Source: an uncultured bacterium (GTDB lineage Bacteria > Desulfobacterota_D > UBA1144 > Nemesobacterales > UBA2774). From it: a DNA stretch of 64,000 nt. Position numbers and translations under genes: made by a program. The notes below the pieces were generated by a model that worked only from the letters and a program-made list of their open reading frames with translations, did no database searches and was not told the origin of the DNA. The stretch's first letter is position 1. The number at the start of each line of letters is the position of its first letter. This document shows, in pieces, positions 1-11,032 of this stretch. The stretch is taken from NCBI GenBank assembly GCA_963825135.1, contig CAWGRW010000009.1, forward strand, positions 1,152,001-1,216,000, read 5' to 3'.

Positions 1-317
1 TCTTCGAGGGGATCGCGATAGGGGATGTCGTGACTGTACAGGTCATCGAGGGGCGCGCGCAAATTATTACGATTGCGGAGGACAAGAAGCCCGAGACGCC
101 CAAGCCTGGAAAAGTGGAAAGCGGCGTTCAGTGGGTCCCGGGCGAGATCGTCTCCATTCAGGGGGGCACATACGACAGCCTCATCAGCGTCAGGATGTCG
201 GACATGACGATCTTCAACATTTCTTCACCAAACGATCTGTTAAAGGGGATTAAGGTCGGAGACCATGTGATAGTTAAGGTCTTCCGGGGGTGGGCGCAGT
301 CGGTCACGAAGAAATAG
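1..317 (+). CDS. 3' part of a hypothetical protein with tandem OB-fold/TOBE-like repeats (5' end outside the window)
   Basis: Frame is open from base 3. Two similar units are visible: FEGIAIGDVVTVQVIEGRAQII and LKGIKVGDHVIVKVFRGWAQSV. Confidence 0.6.
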   Translation, partial: FEGIAIGDVVTVQVIEGRAQIITIAEDKKPETPKPGKVESGVQWVPGEIVSIQGGTYDSLISVRMSDMTIFNISSPNDLLKGIKVGDHVIVKVFRGWAQSVTKK

Positions 318-465
318 ATTATATTGTGAGACAGCGGCGGGCGGGGATAGTTGAAGAGACGAGAATATTTCCTGAATCCATTTCGCTCTGAGCTCTATCA
401 AATGTAGTAGATAGAGAACGATATTTTTGTACATACTCGCACATCCTATACCATCCTCCTTGAGG

Positions 466-499
466 AAAAGAGGCCCTTAGCTTTTGTAAGGGCTTCTTT

Positions 500-500
<1 letters not shown>
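466..500. terminator. Bidirectional intrinsic terminator-like hairpin
   Basis: aaaagaggccctta-gcttttg-taagggcttctttt between convergent genes, with A/T tracts on both sides. Confidence 0.7.
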
Positions 501-1651
<1,151 letters not shown>

Positions 1652-1684
1652 TCTGAGTGCACCTCCCCGCCGTTGATTACCTAC

Positions 1685-1733
1685 CGAGCGCTCGCTCGCT
1701 TTAAATTATAAAAACGTTCGAAGTTTATGTCAA
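1685..1733 (-). promoter_or_regulatory. Consensus sigma70 promoter (TTGACA-17-TATAAT) with a downstream palindromic operator candidate
   Basis: Plus-strand tgtcaa at 1728-1733 and attata at 1705-1710 with a 17-bp spacer; perfect palindrome CGAGCGCTCG at 1685-1694. Confidence 0.75.
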
Positions 1734-1739
1734 GGGGCT

Positions 1740-2363
1740 TTATGTGAGCGACTTTAAAATGAGCTCGGTCTGGATTTTGATGTAGTTTTTGAGGGAGTAG
1801 TTCTTTTGTACCGACCAGCGCCTGAACGCCCACATCTGCCCCTGCACCATTATATTTTCAGCCGCGAGTTTAGCGGTGCTTCTGTCTATCTTAAATACCT
1901 TTTCCTGTATCCCGTGGGTGATAATGTCTTCGAAGATCGCGACAAGCTCCTTCTCGGCCGAGAGTATGTAGCTCCTGTCCGTACGGTTGAGAGATTTCGT
2001 CTCCTGATACAGGAGGAGCGAATAATCCTGTATCTCGTCTATGATGGTGAAGTAGTCGCGGATGGCGTTCTTTAGGTTCTCCCTGGCGTCTTTCTCTCCG
2101 ACCAGGGAACTCTGCAGTTTTTCGCTTACGCTCTTGTGTATATGGTCGCAGACGAGGAACAGGATGTCCTCTTTCGTCCTGATGTAATCGTAGAGCGCTC
2201 CCATGCTCATGCCGAACTCTTTCGCTATCTCCCTGACCGTGGTCTTGTGGAACCCCTTTTTAACGAATAATTCGACGGCGGCGTTCACGAGCTCCTGCCT
2301 CCTTACGCTTATCAGGTCTTTGTCTTTTATATTGGACGCTATTCGGGTCTTTGAGTCGCTCAT
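1740..2363 (-). CDS. TetR/AcrR family transcriptional regulator
   Basis: HTH segment AAVELFVKKGFHKTTVREIAKEFGMSMGALYDYIRTKEDIL. Confidence 0.92.
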   Translation of the reverse strand: MSDSKTRIASNIKDKDLISVRRQELVNAAVELFVKKGFHKTTVREIAKEFGMSMGALYDYIRTKEDILFLVCDHIHKSVSEKLQSSLVGEKDARENLKNAIRDYFTIIDEIQDYSLLLYQETKSLNRTDRSYILSAEKELVAIFEDIITHGIQEKVFKIDRSTAKLAAENIMVQGQMWAFRRWSVQKNYSLKNYIKIQTELILKSLT

Positions 2364-2646
2364 AGTGTCTATCCCTTTTATAACCGTATGATCATACGCA
2401 GGAATTAATGAACCCCGAGAAAAACCAGTCGATGCGTTATTTTACTTTATTATGACCGGGAAATTTAGAGTCTCAATCTTGCTTGTGCTCGGAATGCGTA
2501 TGCGGAGCCCCATATCAAGCAGCCATCAAGGTGCAAGCGTTATCCGGGAAACATAATGATTGCCGCGAACGTTATAACCCCGGCGGGGTACTTATTTCAT
2601 CGGCCGCGCGATCACCCCCCGGGCAGCATTTTGTTCCGGGAACCCC

Positions 2647-3195
2647 TTATTTAAAGGGATTCAGCGTATTGAGGTCGGTCAGGGTTTCGATTAACTTAGG
2701 CTTTTCGACGAACAGCCTGTACTGCATCAATCTCAAGATAGACGACAGGTCTTTCCATTCCGACATGAACGATTCGTGTCCGGTCACGACCTCTTTGGCC
2801 TCACGGATACTCTCGTGGACGTAATCCGAAAATGTTTTTTCGGATATTTCATTTTCGAGCGATTCTATTATCTTGGGCAGCTCGTTCTTTTCGAGCCATA
2901 TCCCCCGGCACGATGGGCAGTAGTTTAATTCTATTCCCGTATGCCCGTACTCGATACTTATCGTCTTGGCGGCGCATGAAGGACATTTCAGATCCGTCTC
3001 TCTCGATTTGAATTTCTCCGGGTGCTTCCATATTTCGAAATCGAGCCAGTCGATGTTGGGGTCGGCGGCTTCCTCGGCCTTGCCCAGTTCCCCCGCGTCG
3101 AGCCATACGCCCTTGCACGACTCGCATTCATCGACGTCTATAGACCCCAGGACCTTTGTTTTAAGCTCTTTACCGCACTTCGGGCATTTTTTCAT
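2647..3195 (-). CDS. Double zinc-ribbon (zf-TFIIB-type) protein
   Basis: Two CPxC...CxxCxGxWL(D/E)xxEL units. Confidence 0.8.
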   Translation of the reverse strand: MKKCPKCGKELKTKVLGSIDVDECESCKGVWLDAGELGKAEEAADPNIDWLDFEIWKHPEKFKSRETDLKCPSCAAKTISIEYGHTGIELNYCPSCRGIWLEKNELPKIIESLENEISEKTFSDYVHESIREAKEVVTGHESFMSEWKDLSSILRLMQYRLFVEKPKLIETLTDLNTLNPFK

Positions 3196-3213
3196 AATAT
3201 CCGCTCCGGTTTA

Positions 3214-3582
3214 TTAGAAATTTTCGACGTCGACGACGCGGTCCTCCATGAAGTAGAGGAACACGCAGTCGTAATCGAGACCGTTATGGGTCTCGCAGCT
3301 ATAGGTCCATTTCTCATCGTACCTGCCCTTCTCCCCGGCCGTATCCTTCTGCCAGGGCTCTCCGTAAGACGCTACTATCTGCTGCTTCGTCATGCCCTTG
3401 AGGTCGGTCCCGTCCACGATCGCCTTCAGCATTTCATTCCCGCTCGATTTGCTCCCGCCCTGGGAGGTCACGACCGGGCTATCGGCGGAGAATGATACCG
3501 TGCTATAGAGTGAGATACATAAAAAGAACACGAAAACCGTCAAGGGTCCGTTTTTCCTGAAAAGTGAGCATGGGAATGACAT
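3214..3582 (-). CDS. Hypothetical exported protein (SmpA/OmlA-like GMTxxQ...GxP...W.Y pattern)
   Basis: Hydrophobic N-terminus; KGMTKQQIVASYGEP...EKWTY; stop abuts the next gene. Confidence 0.55.
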   Translation of the reverse strand: MSFPCSLFRKNGPLTVFVFFLCISLYSTVSFSADSPVVTSQGGSKSSGNEMLKAIVDGTDLKGMTKQQIVASYGEPWQKDTAGEKGRYDEKWTYSCETHNGLDYDCVFLYFMEDRVVDVENF

Positions 3583-3677
3583 TAGTTTCTATTCTCCTCA
3601 GTTTAGTTTGGGATGAAAAGCCGCTTTGGATTCATTAATAATTATAAGCTGAAAATCGAATCAAGTCCTTTATTTCT

Positions 3678-5918
3678 TTATCTGAACTCGAACCCGAGCT
3701 TGTCCCCGCTCGCTACTATCCTTACGCTCCCGCCGCCCGAGGAAAGCTTCCCGAACAGTAGCTCCTGCGTGAGGTTCTGTGTTATCTCGCCGTCTATGAG
3801 CCGCTGTATGGGCCTCGCGCCGAGCTGCTTGTTGTAGCCCTTCTCCGCTATATAAGCCCTCGCTTCGGGTGTGAGCTCGATCGAGACCTTCTTTACCCTG
3901 AGCCTCTCCGCGAGCTGCCCCACCATCTTGTCCACTATCTTCTCCACCACTTCCTTCGATAGAGAGTTAAAATGGAGTACCGCGTTAAGCCTGTTCCTGA
4001 ACTCCGGGCTGAAGTACCTCTCTATCGCCTGGGCGCTCTTGTCCTCAAATTCGTCTTTTTCGAATCCGACCGTCCTCTGGCCGCTCTCCCTCGACCCCGT
4101 GTTCGTAGTCAGGATGAGGACTATCTGCCTGAAGTCCACTTTTCTGCCGTTAGAGTCTGTAAGGGTGGCATGGTCCATCACCTGTAAGAGCACGTTAAAG
4201 ATGTCCTCGTGGGCCTTCTCTATCTCATCGAGCAGGAGCACGGCGTGGGGTTTCTGATGGACGGCCTCGGTAAGCTGACCGCCCTCTTCGTATCCGACGT
4301 ATCCGGGCGGCGACCCTATGAGACGGGAGACCGTGTGCTTTTCCATGTACTCGCTCATGTCGAACCTGATGAACTCTATGCCGAGCGCCTCCGCGAGCTG
4401 CTTCGCGAGCTCCGTCTTGCCGACCCCGGTGGGTCCGGCGAACATGAAGCTCCCGACGGGCTTCATCGGCTCGCTCAGCCCGGAGCGGGACATCTGTATC
4501 GCCGTGACTAGCTTGTCGACGGCCTCGTCCTGACCGTATATGACCTTCTTGAGATCGTCCGCGAGGGTCATGAGCCTGTTCCTGTCGTCGACCTTTACCG
4601 TACGGGTCGGAATCTTGGCTATCTTCGAGACGAGCGCCTCTATGTCCTTGACTGTTACCTGCCTTACAGCGCCACCTGCGCTTCTGAGCTTGACCTCGGC
4701 CCCCGCCTCGTCTATCAGGTCTATGGCCTTGTCCGGGAGCCTCCTGTCGTTCATGTATTTTGCGGAGAGCTCGACGGCGGCTTTGAGCGCGGGCGTGGAA
4801 TATTTAACCTTATGAAAATCCTCGTAGTATTTCTTAAGACCCAGGAGAATTTTTACGCACTCCTCCTGGCTCGGCTCGTACACGTCTATCCTCTGGAACC
4901 TCCGCGCGAGCGCGTGGTCCTTCTCGAACACGCTCCTGTATTCCTTGAGAGTCGTCGTCCCGATGCACCGTATCTCCCCGTTCGAGAGCGCGGGCTTGAG
5001 CATGTTGGAGGCATCGAGAGTGCCTCCCGAGACGGCTCCCGCGCCTATCACCGTGTGTATCTCGTCGATGAACAGGACCTTGTTCTGGTCTCCCCTTACG
5101 CTGTCGATAATGGCCTTGAGCCTCTCCTCGAAATCCCCCCTGTACCGCGTGCCCGCCGTGAGCGATCCCATGTCGAGCGCGTAGATAGCGGTCTTTTCGA
5201 GCGCCTCCGGAACCGCGCCCTGCGCTATCCTGAGGGCGAGACCTTCGGCGATGGCGGTCTTGCCGACGCCGGCGTCTCCTACGAATATCGGGTTGTTCTT
5301 CCTTCTCCTGGCCAGTATGTGAATAGTGCGGTCTATTTCCGATTCACGTCCGATAAGCGGGTCGAGCTTCCCGTCCCGCGCTTTATTCACGAGATCGGTA
5401 CAGAATTCGCCCAGCGGGTCCTTGGGCTTTTGCTGGGTCTCCGTATCCGTCTTTGCGATGCTGGTCGATTTTTCCTTGCCTGCATATGTAGCGCCGCCGT
5501 GAGAAATATAGTGGACTACGTCGTAACGGCTTATACCCTGCGCCGTGAGCAGGTAAACGGCGTGTGACTCGTCGACCCTGAACAGCGCGACCAGAATGTT
5601 CCCTCCGTTGATCTGCGTCTTGTCCGCAGATTCCGCATGCATCGCAGCCAGCCTGAGCACATACTGGCTGCCTGCCGAATACTGAGGGTCAGGCAGGTAC
5701 TCGGAATCGACGGGAGGCATGTTTTCGTCGAAGAAATCCTCCAGGCTCAACCTCAGGTTTTCGAGGTCGACTCCGCAGCCCGCCAGCACATCGCCTGCGT
5801 CCGGGTCGTATGTCAGCTCGAGCAGGATGTGCTCAAGCGTGATAAACTCGTGTCTCCTGTCCTTCGCCTGTTTATAAGCCCTTTTTAGTGTCTCCTCGAG
5901 TTCTCTTGAAAGAGTCAT
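3678..5918 (-). CDS. clpA: ATP-dependent Clp protease ATP-binding subunit ClpA
   Basis: Two AAA+ modules (GDAGVGKT, GPTGVGKT), FDMSEYMEKHTVSRLIGSPPGYVG and a VGF loop; 746 aa; overlaps the clpS stop. Confidence 0.96.
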   Translation of the reverse strand: MTLSRELEETLKRAYKQAKDRRHEFITLEHILLELTYDPDAGDVLAGCGVDLENLRLSLEDFFDENMPPVDSEYLPDPQYSAGSQYVLRLAAMHAESADKTQINGGNILVALFRVDESHAVYLLTAQGISRYDVVHYISHGGATYAGKEKSTSIAKTDTETQQKPKDPLGEFCTDLVNKARDGKLDPLIGRESEIDRTIHILARRRKNNPIFVGDAGVGKTAIAEGLALRIAQGAVPEALEKTAIYALDMGSLTAGTRYRGDFEERLKAIIDSVRGDQNKVLFIDEIHTVIGAGAVSGGTLDASNMLKPALSNGEIRCIGTTTLKEYRSVFEKDHALARRFQRIDVYEPSQEECVKILLGLKKYYEDFHKVKYSTPALKAAVELSAKYMNDRRLPDKAIDLIDEAGAEVKLRSAGGAVRQVTVKDIEALVSKIAKIPTRTVKVDDRNRLMTLADDLKKVIYGQDEAVDKLVTAIQMSRSGLSEPMKPVGSFMFAGPTGVGKTELAKQLAEALGIEFIRFDMSEYMEKHTVSRLIGSPPGYVGYEEGGQLTEAVHQKPHAVLLLDEIEKAHEDIFNVLLQVMDHATLTDSNGRKVDFRQIVLILTTNTGSRESGQRTVGFEKDEFEDKSAQAIERYFSPEFRNRLNAVLHFNSLSKEVVEKIVDKMVGQLAERLRVKKVSIELTPEARAYIAEKGYNKQLGARPIQRLIDGEITQNLTQELLFGKLSSGGGSVRIVASGDKLGFEFR

Positions 5919-6256
5919 TCTCCCTCACCCCCTGTTTCTACTTCAAGTATGCACTTCAACGGGTGCTCGTATTGTTTGGCCAGCTTGTCCACCTGTACGA
6001 TTTTCGTTGTCGCCACGTCGTATGTATATACTCCTATCATGCTTTGTCCGGACGTATGCGCCTCCAGCATTATTCTCGTCGATTCATCCTGACTCTTGAA
6101 AAAGACCCTCATTAAAATCCAGACCACGAATTCCCTGGGAGTGTAGTCGTCGTTAAGGAGCACAATTCTGTACATGTCGGGCCTTTTCAGCTTGGCCCTT
6201 TCTTCTGTGAGAAGCTCCCCTTCCCAGTCCCCGGATTTTATCTTTCCGTCTTCCAT
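5915..6256 (-). CDS. clpS: ClpAP adaptor ClpS
   Basis: YRIVLLNDDYTPREFV motif; directly upstream of clpA. Confidence 0.96.
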   Translation of the reverse strand: MEDGKIKSGDWEGELLTEERAKLKRPDMYRIVLLNDDYTPREFVVWILMRVFFKSQDESTRIMLEAHTSGQSMIGVYTYDVATTKIVQVDKLAKQYEHPLKCILEVETGGEGE

Positions 6257-6366
6257 AAATCCCTACGTCGGATTATTTATCGCATTCGATCAGTTAGCCG
6301 AAACATTCCGCATATTATCCGCTCGCCGCCCCCCACTGGTAAATTTAAGCATAAAATATTTCTTGT

Positions 6367-7521
6367 CTAGCCGCCGTGCAGATATTTTAGGGGCGACTGC
6401 ATATTGTAATGCGTGATGAGGTTCTCTGTATACGTCTTTTCATTCGCCAGATACTTTCGTATCGCTTTGCTCGCGCCTTCGTGAACGATAAGGTGCGAGC
6501 TGTTTGTTGGAACGGCTGCAAAGCCCCTCAGAAATTTATGCTCGCCCTGCGCTCCGGCCTCGAAAATATCGATCCCGTTTCTTATAGAATAATCTATTAA
6601 TCTGTAGAAACAACACTCGAAATGGAGATTCTTGTAGTTGTGAATTGTTCCCCAGTAGCGCCCGAAGAGCCTGTTGTTTTTCACTACGTTAAAACTCCCC
6701 GCCACCCATTTCCCGCTGTTACGCGCCATGACAAGCACGAGGCGTTGTCTGTAATTTTCGAACAACAGGTCAAAGAATTCCCTGTTCAGGTAGGCGCTTC
6801 CCCACTTTCTCGAGTGTGTGTCCGTGTAGAATTCCCATATCGCATCGATGTGCTCGCTTTTTATGTCGTCCTTTTCGATGACCTTTATATCCAGACCCTC
6901 TTCCTCGACCGATTTCCTTTCTTTTCTTATCTGCTTCTTCCTGCCCGAGCGGATGTCCTCAAGAAAATCATCGAATGAATTGTAGCCTCTGTTTCTCCAG
7001 TGGTACTGATGGGTTTTCCTTGTGAGGAATTCCCTGCTTTCCAGAAAGGCGCACTCCCTGTCCGTGAGGAATAGAAAATGTATGGAAGAGCATCTCTCCT
7101 CCCCGCACATCTCTTTCAAACGATCGACCATAATCCCCGCGCATTCTTCAAACTGGTAGTCGGGGTGCACCGAGATGCGAATTCCGGTCGCCGGAGTGAA
7201 CGGAATGGCCACGACCATCTTGGGGTAATACCTCAGCCCCGCGTTCTCGAAAGCCCTTGCCCATTCCCAGTCAAAAATATATTCGCCGTACGAGTCGGAC
7301 TTTATATATGCGGTGACCGCTCCTATGATCCTTTCGGCGTCCCTCAGGACAATATGCCTCGGATTCCAAGCGGTGCGCGGACCGACGCATCCTGATTTCT
7401 CCATAGCTTCGAGAAACTCGTATTCGAGGAACGGATTTTCCCCGTCAACAATCATGTTGTACCCGTCTCTTTCGATGCCCGCTATAGACTCATAAACCGC
7501 CAATCTGTATTCTTTGCTCAT
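6367..7521 (-). CDS. FemAB-like GNAT family protein (DUF482 type)
   Basis: SYGEYIFDWEWA, YYPK..AIPFTPATG, GRYWG, HFECCFY and FEAGAQGEHK motifs. Start taken as the ATG at 7521. Confidence 0.85.
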   Translation of the reverse strand: MSKEYRLAVYESIAGIERDGYNMIVDGENPFLEYEFLEAMEKSGCVGPRTAWNPRHIVLRDAERIIGAVTAYIKSDSYGEYIFDWEWARAFENAGLRYYPKMVVAIPFTPATGIRISVHPDYQFEECAGIMVDRLKEMCGEERCSSIHFLFLTDRECAFLESREFLTRKTHQYHWRNRGYNSFDDFLEDIRSGRKKQIRKERKSVEEEGLDIKVIEKDDIKSEHIDAIWEFYTDTHSRKWGSAYLNREFFDLLFENYRQRLVLVMARNSGKWVAGSFNVVKNNRLFGRYWGTIHNYKNLHFECCFYRLIDYSIRNGIDIFEAGAQGEHKFLRGFAAVPTNSSHLIVHEGASKAIRKYLANEKTYTENLITHYNMQSPLKYLHGG

Positions 7522-7694
7522 CTGCGCCGTTCTAGTTCGCAATTGATAATTTTGAAACCCGGGTCGCCCTTTGGATTAGTATAACACCTGAGCCAAGCTC
7601 GCTTTCCGGTTTCCTCAAAGCGGTTGATATGCATTGCGGATCCGGCATCGCGCGGCCATCTGTCCGATATATCGAAAGCCGTTTGCCCGTCTTG

Positions 7695-7724
7695 TTGACA
7701 ATGGATTGATTAAAGTGAGATAAT
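7695..7724 (+). promoter_or_regulatory. sigma70-type promoter
   Basis: TTGACA (7695-7700), 18 bp, then GATAAT (7719-7724) preceded by an extended -10 TG. Confidence 0.6.
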
Positions 7725-7779
7725 GGTAAATATCAAGTCAGCTGTCCCTGCTAATTAACTGGTCCAGCCGAGGCGGACG

Positions 7780-9006
7780 ATGGGTAGAATGTATAAATCA
7801 CATGCCGGCGCGGGACGCCGGATACTTACTTCCATACTACTGCTTTCATGCCTCAATATTCTCATTAAGGAGCCGAATCAGCTTGTCCCGACTGCCTTTG
7901 CTCAGGGCTCACAGGAATCGGCCGACGTATTCTTTAACCTTAATGAGCACGGCATAAAACCCGATGACGTATCGGGTCTCTACGATTATATAGCCGTGTT
8001 AAAAAACGATCCCGGGCTCGTGATCGTCGTCGACGGTTATTCGGATATAACGGGGGAGGAGCAGTATAATCTCAATCTGTCGAGGTTGAGAGCCGAGGCG
8101 GTCAAGGAATATTACGTAAGCCGCGGTATAGAGCCCGAGAGGATTAAATCGCACGGGAACGGAAAGACCGACAAATTCGACAGCGGAATAGACGAGGAAT
8201 CCCTCAAGCGGAACCGGAGGGTACATGTCACTATCGAACCGTCATCTCGGCCTAAGCCCGCTTCTACCCCGTCTCCCGGTCAGGCTGCCTCTCTGGGAAC
8301 TCCTGCACCCGCCGTAGAGTCCGAACCTCTTGAGGAAAGCCCGCCCGAGGTCGCCCCACCGGATGCGGCCCGGGAGGAGTCCGTACTGGAACCTCAGGCG
8401 CCCGCCATCACGGAACTCTCCACGCCGCCTCCCGACCTTGAACGGGCAATAGGGCATTCCATGAGGAAACTCGCGCCGGGACTGGTGGTATTCGACGCTC
8501 CAGCCGAAATGAACCTCGGGGAATCATGCGAAGTTGAAGTCGACTTGCAGTATTCTTTTCTGAAGGGATTGTCCGAGAGTATTAACGAGATGAGAGCGCA
8601 GGGGTCAAATAAGATCAGATTGGGACAGAACGTCGGCCTTAGTCTCAACGGGCGCGGATTCGACATTAGGCCGGTCACGAAGGCGGAGGGCGAGGAAGAG
8701 CAGTTTCCCGTCGACGATACCGGAATCACACAGCTCGTAACGGAAAATTCGACGCCGGTATGGAAATGGAAGGTTACACCTTTGAAAAGCGGATACAAAT
8801 CACTCCTTTTATCGATCGAGGTAATGGCGGAAGACTCTGAATATAACGAAATGGTTAATAAATATCCGTTATTTCAGAAGGTGATAGAGGTGAAGTCCAA
8901 TTTTCTTTACACCCTGACCAGAAGCTACTGGATGATGGCCTTGTTCATGGTAATTGTCGTCGCGGTCGTGGGCTGGATTCTGATAAAGAAAATGAGAGTA
9001 GGCTGA
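7780..9006 (+). CDS. OmpA-like peptidoglycan-binding domain protein with a Pro-rich linker and C-terminal membrane anchor
   Basis: VDGYSDITG..YNLNLSRLRAEAV...NRRV motif; P/E/A-rich middle; hydrophobic C-terminal helix. Confidence 0.85.
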   Translation: MGRMYKSHAGAGRRILTSILLLSCLNILIKEPNQLVPTAFAQGSQESADVFFNLNEHGIKPDDVSGLYDYIAVLKNDPGLVIVVDGYSDITGEEQYNLNLSRLRAEAVKEYYVSRGIEPERIKSHGNGKTDKFDSGIDEESLKRNRRVHVTIEPSSRPKPASTPSPGQAASLGTPAPAVESEPLEESPPEVAPPDAAREESVLEPQAPAITELSTPPPDLERAIGHSMRKLAPGLVVFDAPAEMNLGESCEVEVDLQYSFLKGLSESINEMRAQGSNKIRLGQNVGLSLNGRGFDIRPVTKAEGEEEQFPVDDTGITQLVTENSTPVWKWKVTPLKSGYKSLLLSIEVMAEDSEYNEMVNKYPLFQKVIEVKSNFLYTLTRSYWMMALFMVIVVAVVGWILIKKMRVG

Positions 9007-9033
9007 GATTGTGAACGGCGGGGGCTACGGGAC

Positions 9034-9471
9034 ATGAAGTGGATCAGCGATATACTCGGCGGCAAGACGCTTTTAAGGGGTCTGGATCATATAGCTATAG
9101 TTGTGAGCGATATGGACCGGTCTATTGAATTTTATACGGGCGTCCTGGGCTTAAAGCTGATCAAGGACGGCAGACAGGAAGGAGGGTTGAAAAAAACGTT
9201 TATCGGAACTGAAAAGAAAGCCGTGCTCGCACTGACGGAGGACAGGTCGCTTTCGCGGGAATCAGGCGGTTCTGCGGAGAGTGTCGATCACATTGCGTTT
9301 TATGTGGACGATATTGAAGGGGCCGGAAGACTACTCGGGGAAAGGGGCGTTCGGTTCATAGAAGAAAAAGCCGGCGAGGACGGCAGGATCAGAGCCTGCC
9401 ATTTTCTCGACCCCGACGGGGTTGAGCTCGAGATTTGCGTTGAAACAGGCAAGGACGCTCCTCAGTATTAA
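9034..9471 (+). CDS. VOC (glyoxalase/bleomycin resistance) family protein
   Basis: LDHIAIVVSDMDRSIEFY, VDHIAFYVDD and FLDPDGVELE. Confidence 0.88.
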   Translation: MKWISDILGGKTLLRGLDHIAIVVSDMDRSIEFYTGVLGLKLIKDGRQEGGLKKTFIGTEKKAVLALTEDRSLSRESGGSAESVDHIAFYVDDIEGAGRLLGERGVRFIEEKAGEDGRIRACHFLDPDGVELEICVETGKDAPQY

Positions 9472-9597
9472 TCATTATTAGGGCGGATATGGGTCTTTTC
9501 GTGAAATACTTCATTTTTCGTCCGACCTTTATTTTCTTCTGGTATACTAAGTTTTCGCAAAAGTCTTTGCTATTTTATCACTGTTGATATATTTTTC

Positions 9598-10818
9598 ATG
9601 TTACTCAAGAGAATATCCGGTCGTTATATGAAACCAACTGATTCTGGAAAATACGGACTGTCTGTACGGTACGGACCTGAAATGCGCGTCCTCATCATCG
9701 GAGGAGGCATATCGGGTTTAACGCTCGCGGGTCTTCTGCAGCAAAGAGGGTTCAAACCCACGGTTGTCGAGAGGACTCCGGAATACGGAGACGAGGGATA
9801 CATAATAGTTCTCTGGCCATCGGGCAGCCGAATACTAAAAGGACTCGGACTTTACCGCAAGCTGCTCGACGCCGGTCTTCCGTTCTCCACATATAATGTA
9901 TGGAACGAGAGGGGAGAGATGCTCCGCTCCTATTCTGTCGAATCGGTAACGGAAAAATACGGGCCCATGATAAGCATACACAGGCCCGAGCTGATTAACG
10001 TCCTCAGAGAGGCCGTCGACCCTGATACGATACGCATGAACACGACCGTGAAGAATATCCGTCAGACCGCGGACGAGGTAAACGTTACTTTCAGCGACGG
10101 GCGGGAGGAGACGTTCGACCTTGTTGTAGGGTGTGACGGGGTCCGTTCAAAGACGCGCGAGATGGTTTTCGGTCACGTGCCCCTCACGTACAGCGGTATG
10201 AAGGGGTGGAGCTTCTGGGTAAAATCGGGCCTCCTTAAAACTGCCCAGATCGCCGAGTATTGGGGTACGGGAAAGTTTTTAGGTATTTGGCCTACAAAGG
10301 GCCGTCTTTCGGTGTTTACAAGCATAAGAAGCCCTGAAGGACTCCCGGGTCCCGTCGAAGACAGGGTGAGCATCATCGAAGAGCATTTCAAGGATTTTGG
10401 CGGGATCGTACCGGACATCCTGGCCGAGCTCGATAACGAAAGTCAGATCTATTTCGATGATTATAACGACTTGAGAATGGACAAATGGTACAGGGGGAGG
10501 GTGGTCCTTTCGGGTGACTCGGCACACGCCGTGCTGCCTACCGCGGGGGGAGGGGTGTCTATGGCAATCGAGTCTGCGGCGGTGCTGGCCGATGAGCTTT
10601 CGAGAGCGGACTCCAAATATATTGCGCATGCGCTCGAGAGTTACGAGTCGAGGAGGCGTCCCCGCGTCATCAAGATTCAGGATCAGTCGCGGATGATGGG
10701 CAAGGTCGCTTTTGCCGACAGCCGGGTGCTGTCCTATGCGAGAAATTTCGTCATGCGTTTTTATTCTAACAGGCTGCATGTTAAGTACTGGGATACCATG
10801 CTGAAAGAGCCCATATAA
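9598..10818 (+). CDS. FAD-dependent monooxygenase (start uncertain, possibly 9628 or 9682)
   Basis: IIGGGISGL, DLVVGCDGVRS and RVVLSGDSAHAVLPTAGGGVSMAIESA fingerprints. Confidence 0.88.
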   Translation: MLLKRISGRYMKPTDSGKYGLSVRYGPEMRVLIIGGGISGLTLAGLLQQRGFKPTVVERTPEYGDEGYIIVLWPSGSRILKGLGLYRKLLDAGLPFSTYNVWNERGEMLRSYSVESVTEKYGPMISIHRPELINVLREAVDPDTIRMNTTVKNIRQTADEVNVTFSDGREETFDLVVGCDGVRSKTREMVFGHVPLTYSGMKGWSFWVKSGLLKTAQIAEYWGTGKFLGIWPTKGRLSVFTSIRSPEGLPGPVEDRVSIIEEHFKDFGGIVPDILAELDNESQIYFDDYNDLRMDKWYRGRVVLSGDSAHAVLPTAGGGVSMAIESAAVLADELSRADSKYIAHALESYESRRRPRVIKIQDQSRMMGKVAFADSRVLSYARNFVMRFYSNRLHVKYWDTMLKEPI

Positions 10819-11032
10819 ATTGGCCTAAGCGCCTTACCCTGCTTGACAATTTCCATGTTCATTCGCCTATTTATTACTACAGGAATATAAATCTTCAGTT
10901 ATAATTTTCTTTGTGTTTTGTAAATTCGGATGTATTACATCCTATATAACTCTATTTAAGATGGTATATGCATCAAAATATCGTTTTACCGTATAAGATA
11001 ATCTTAGGTATAGTGCGGAGGACCCTCGATCC

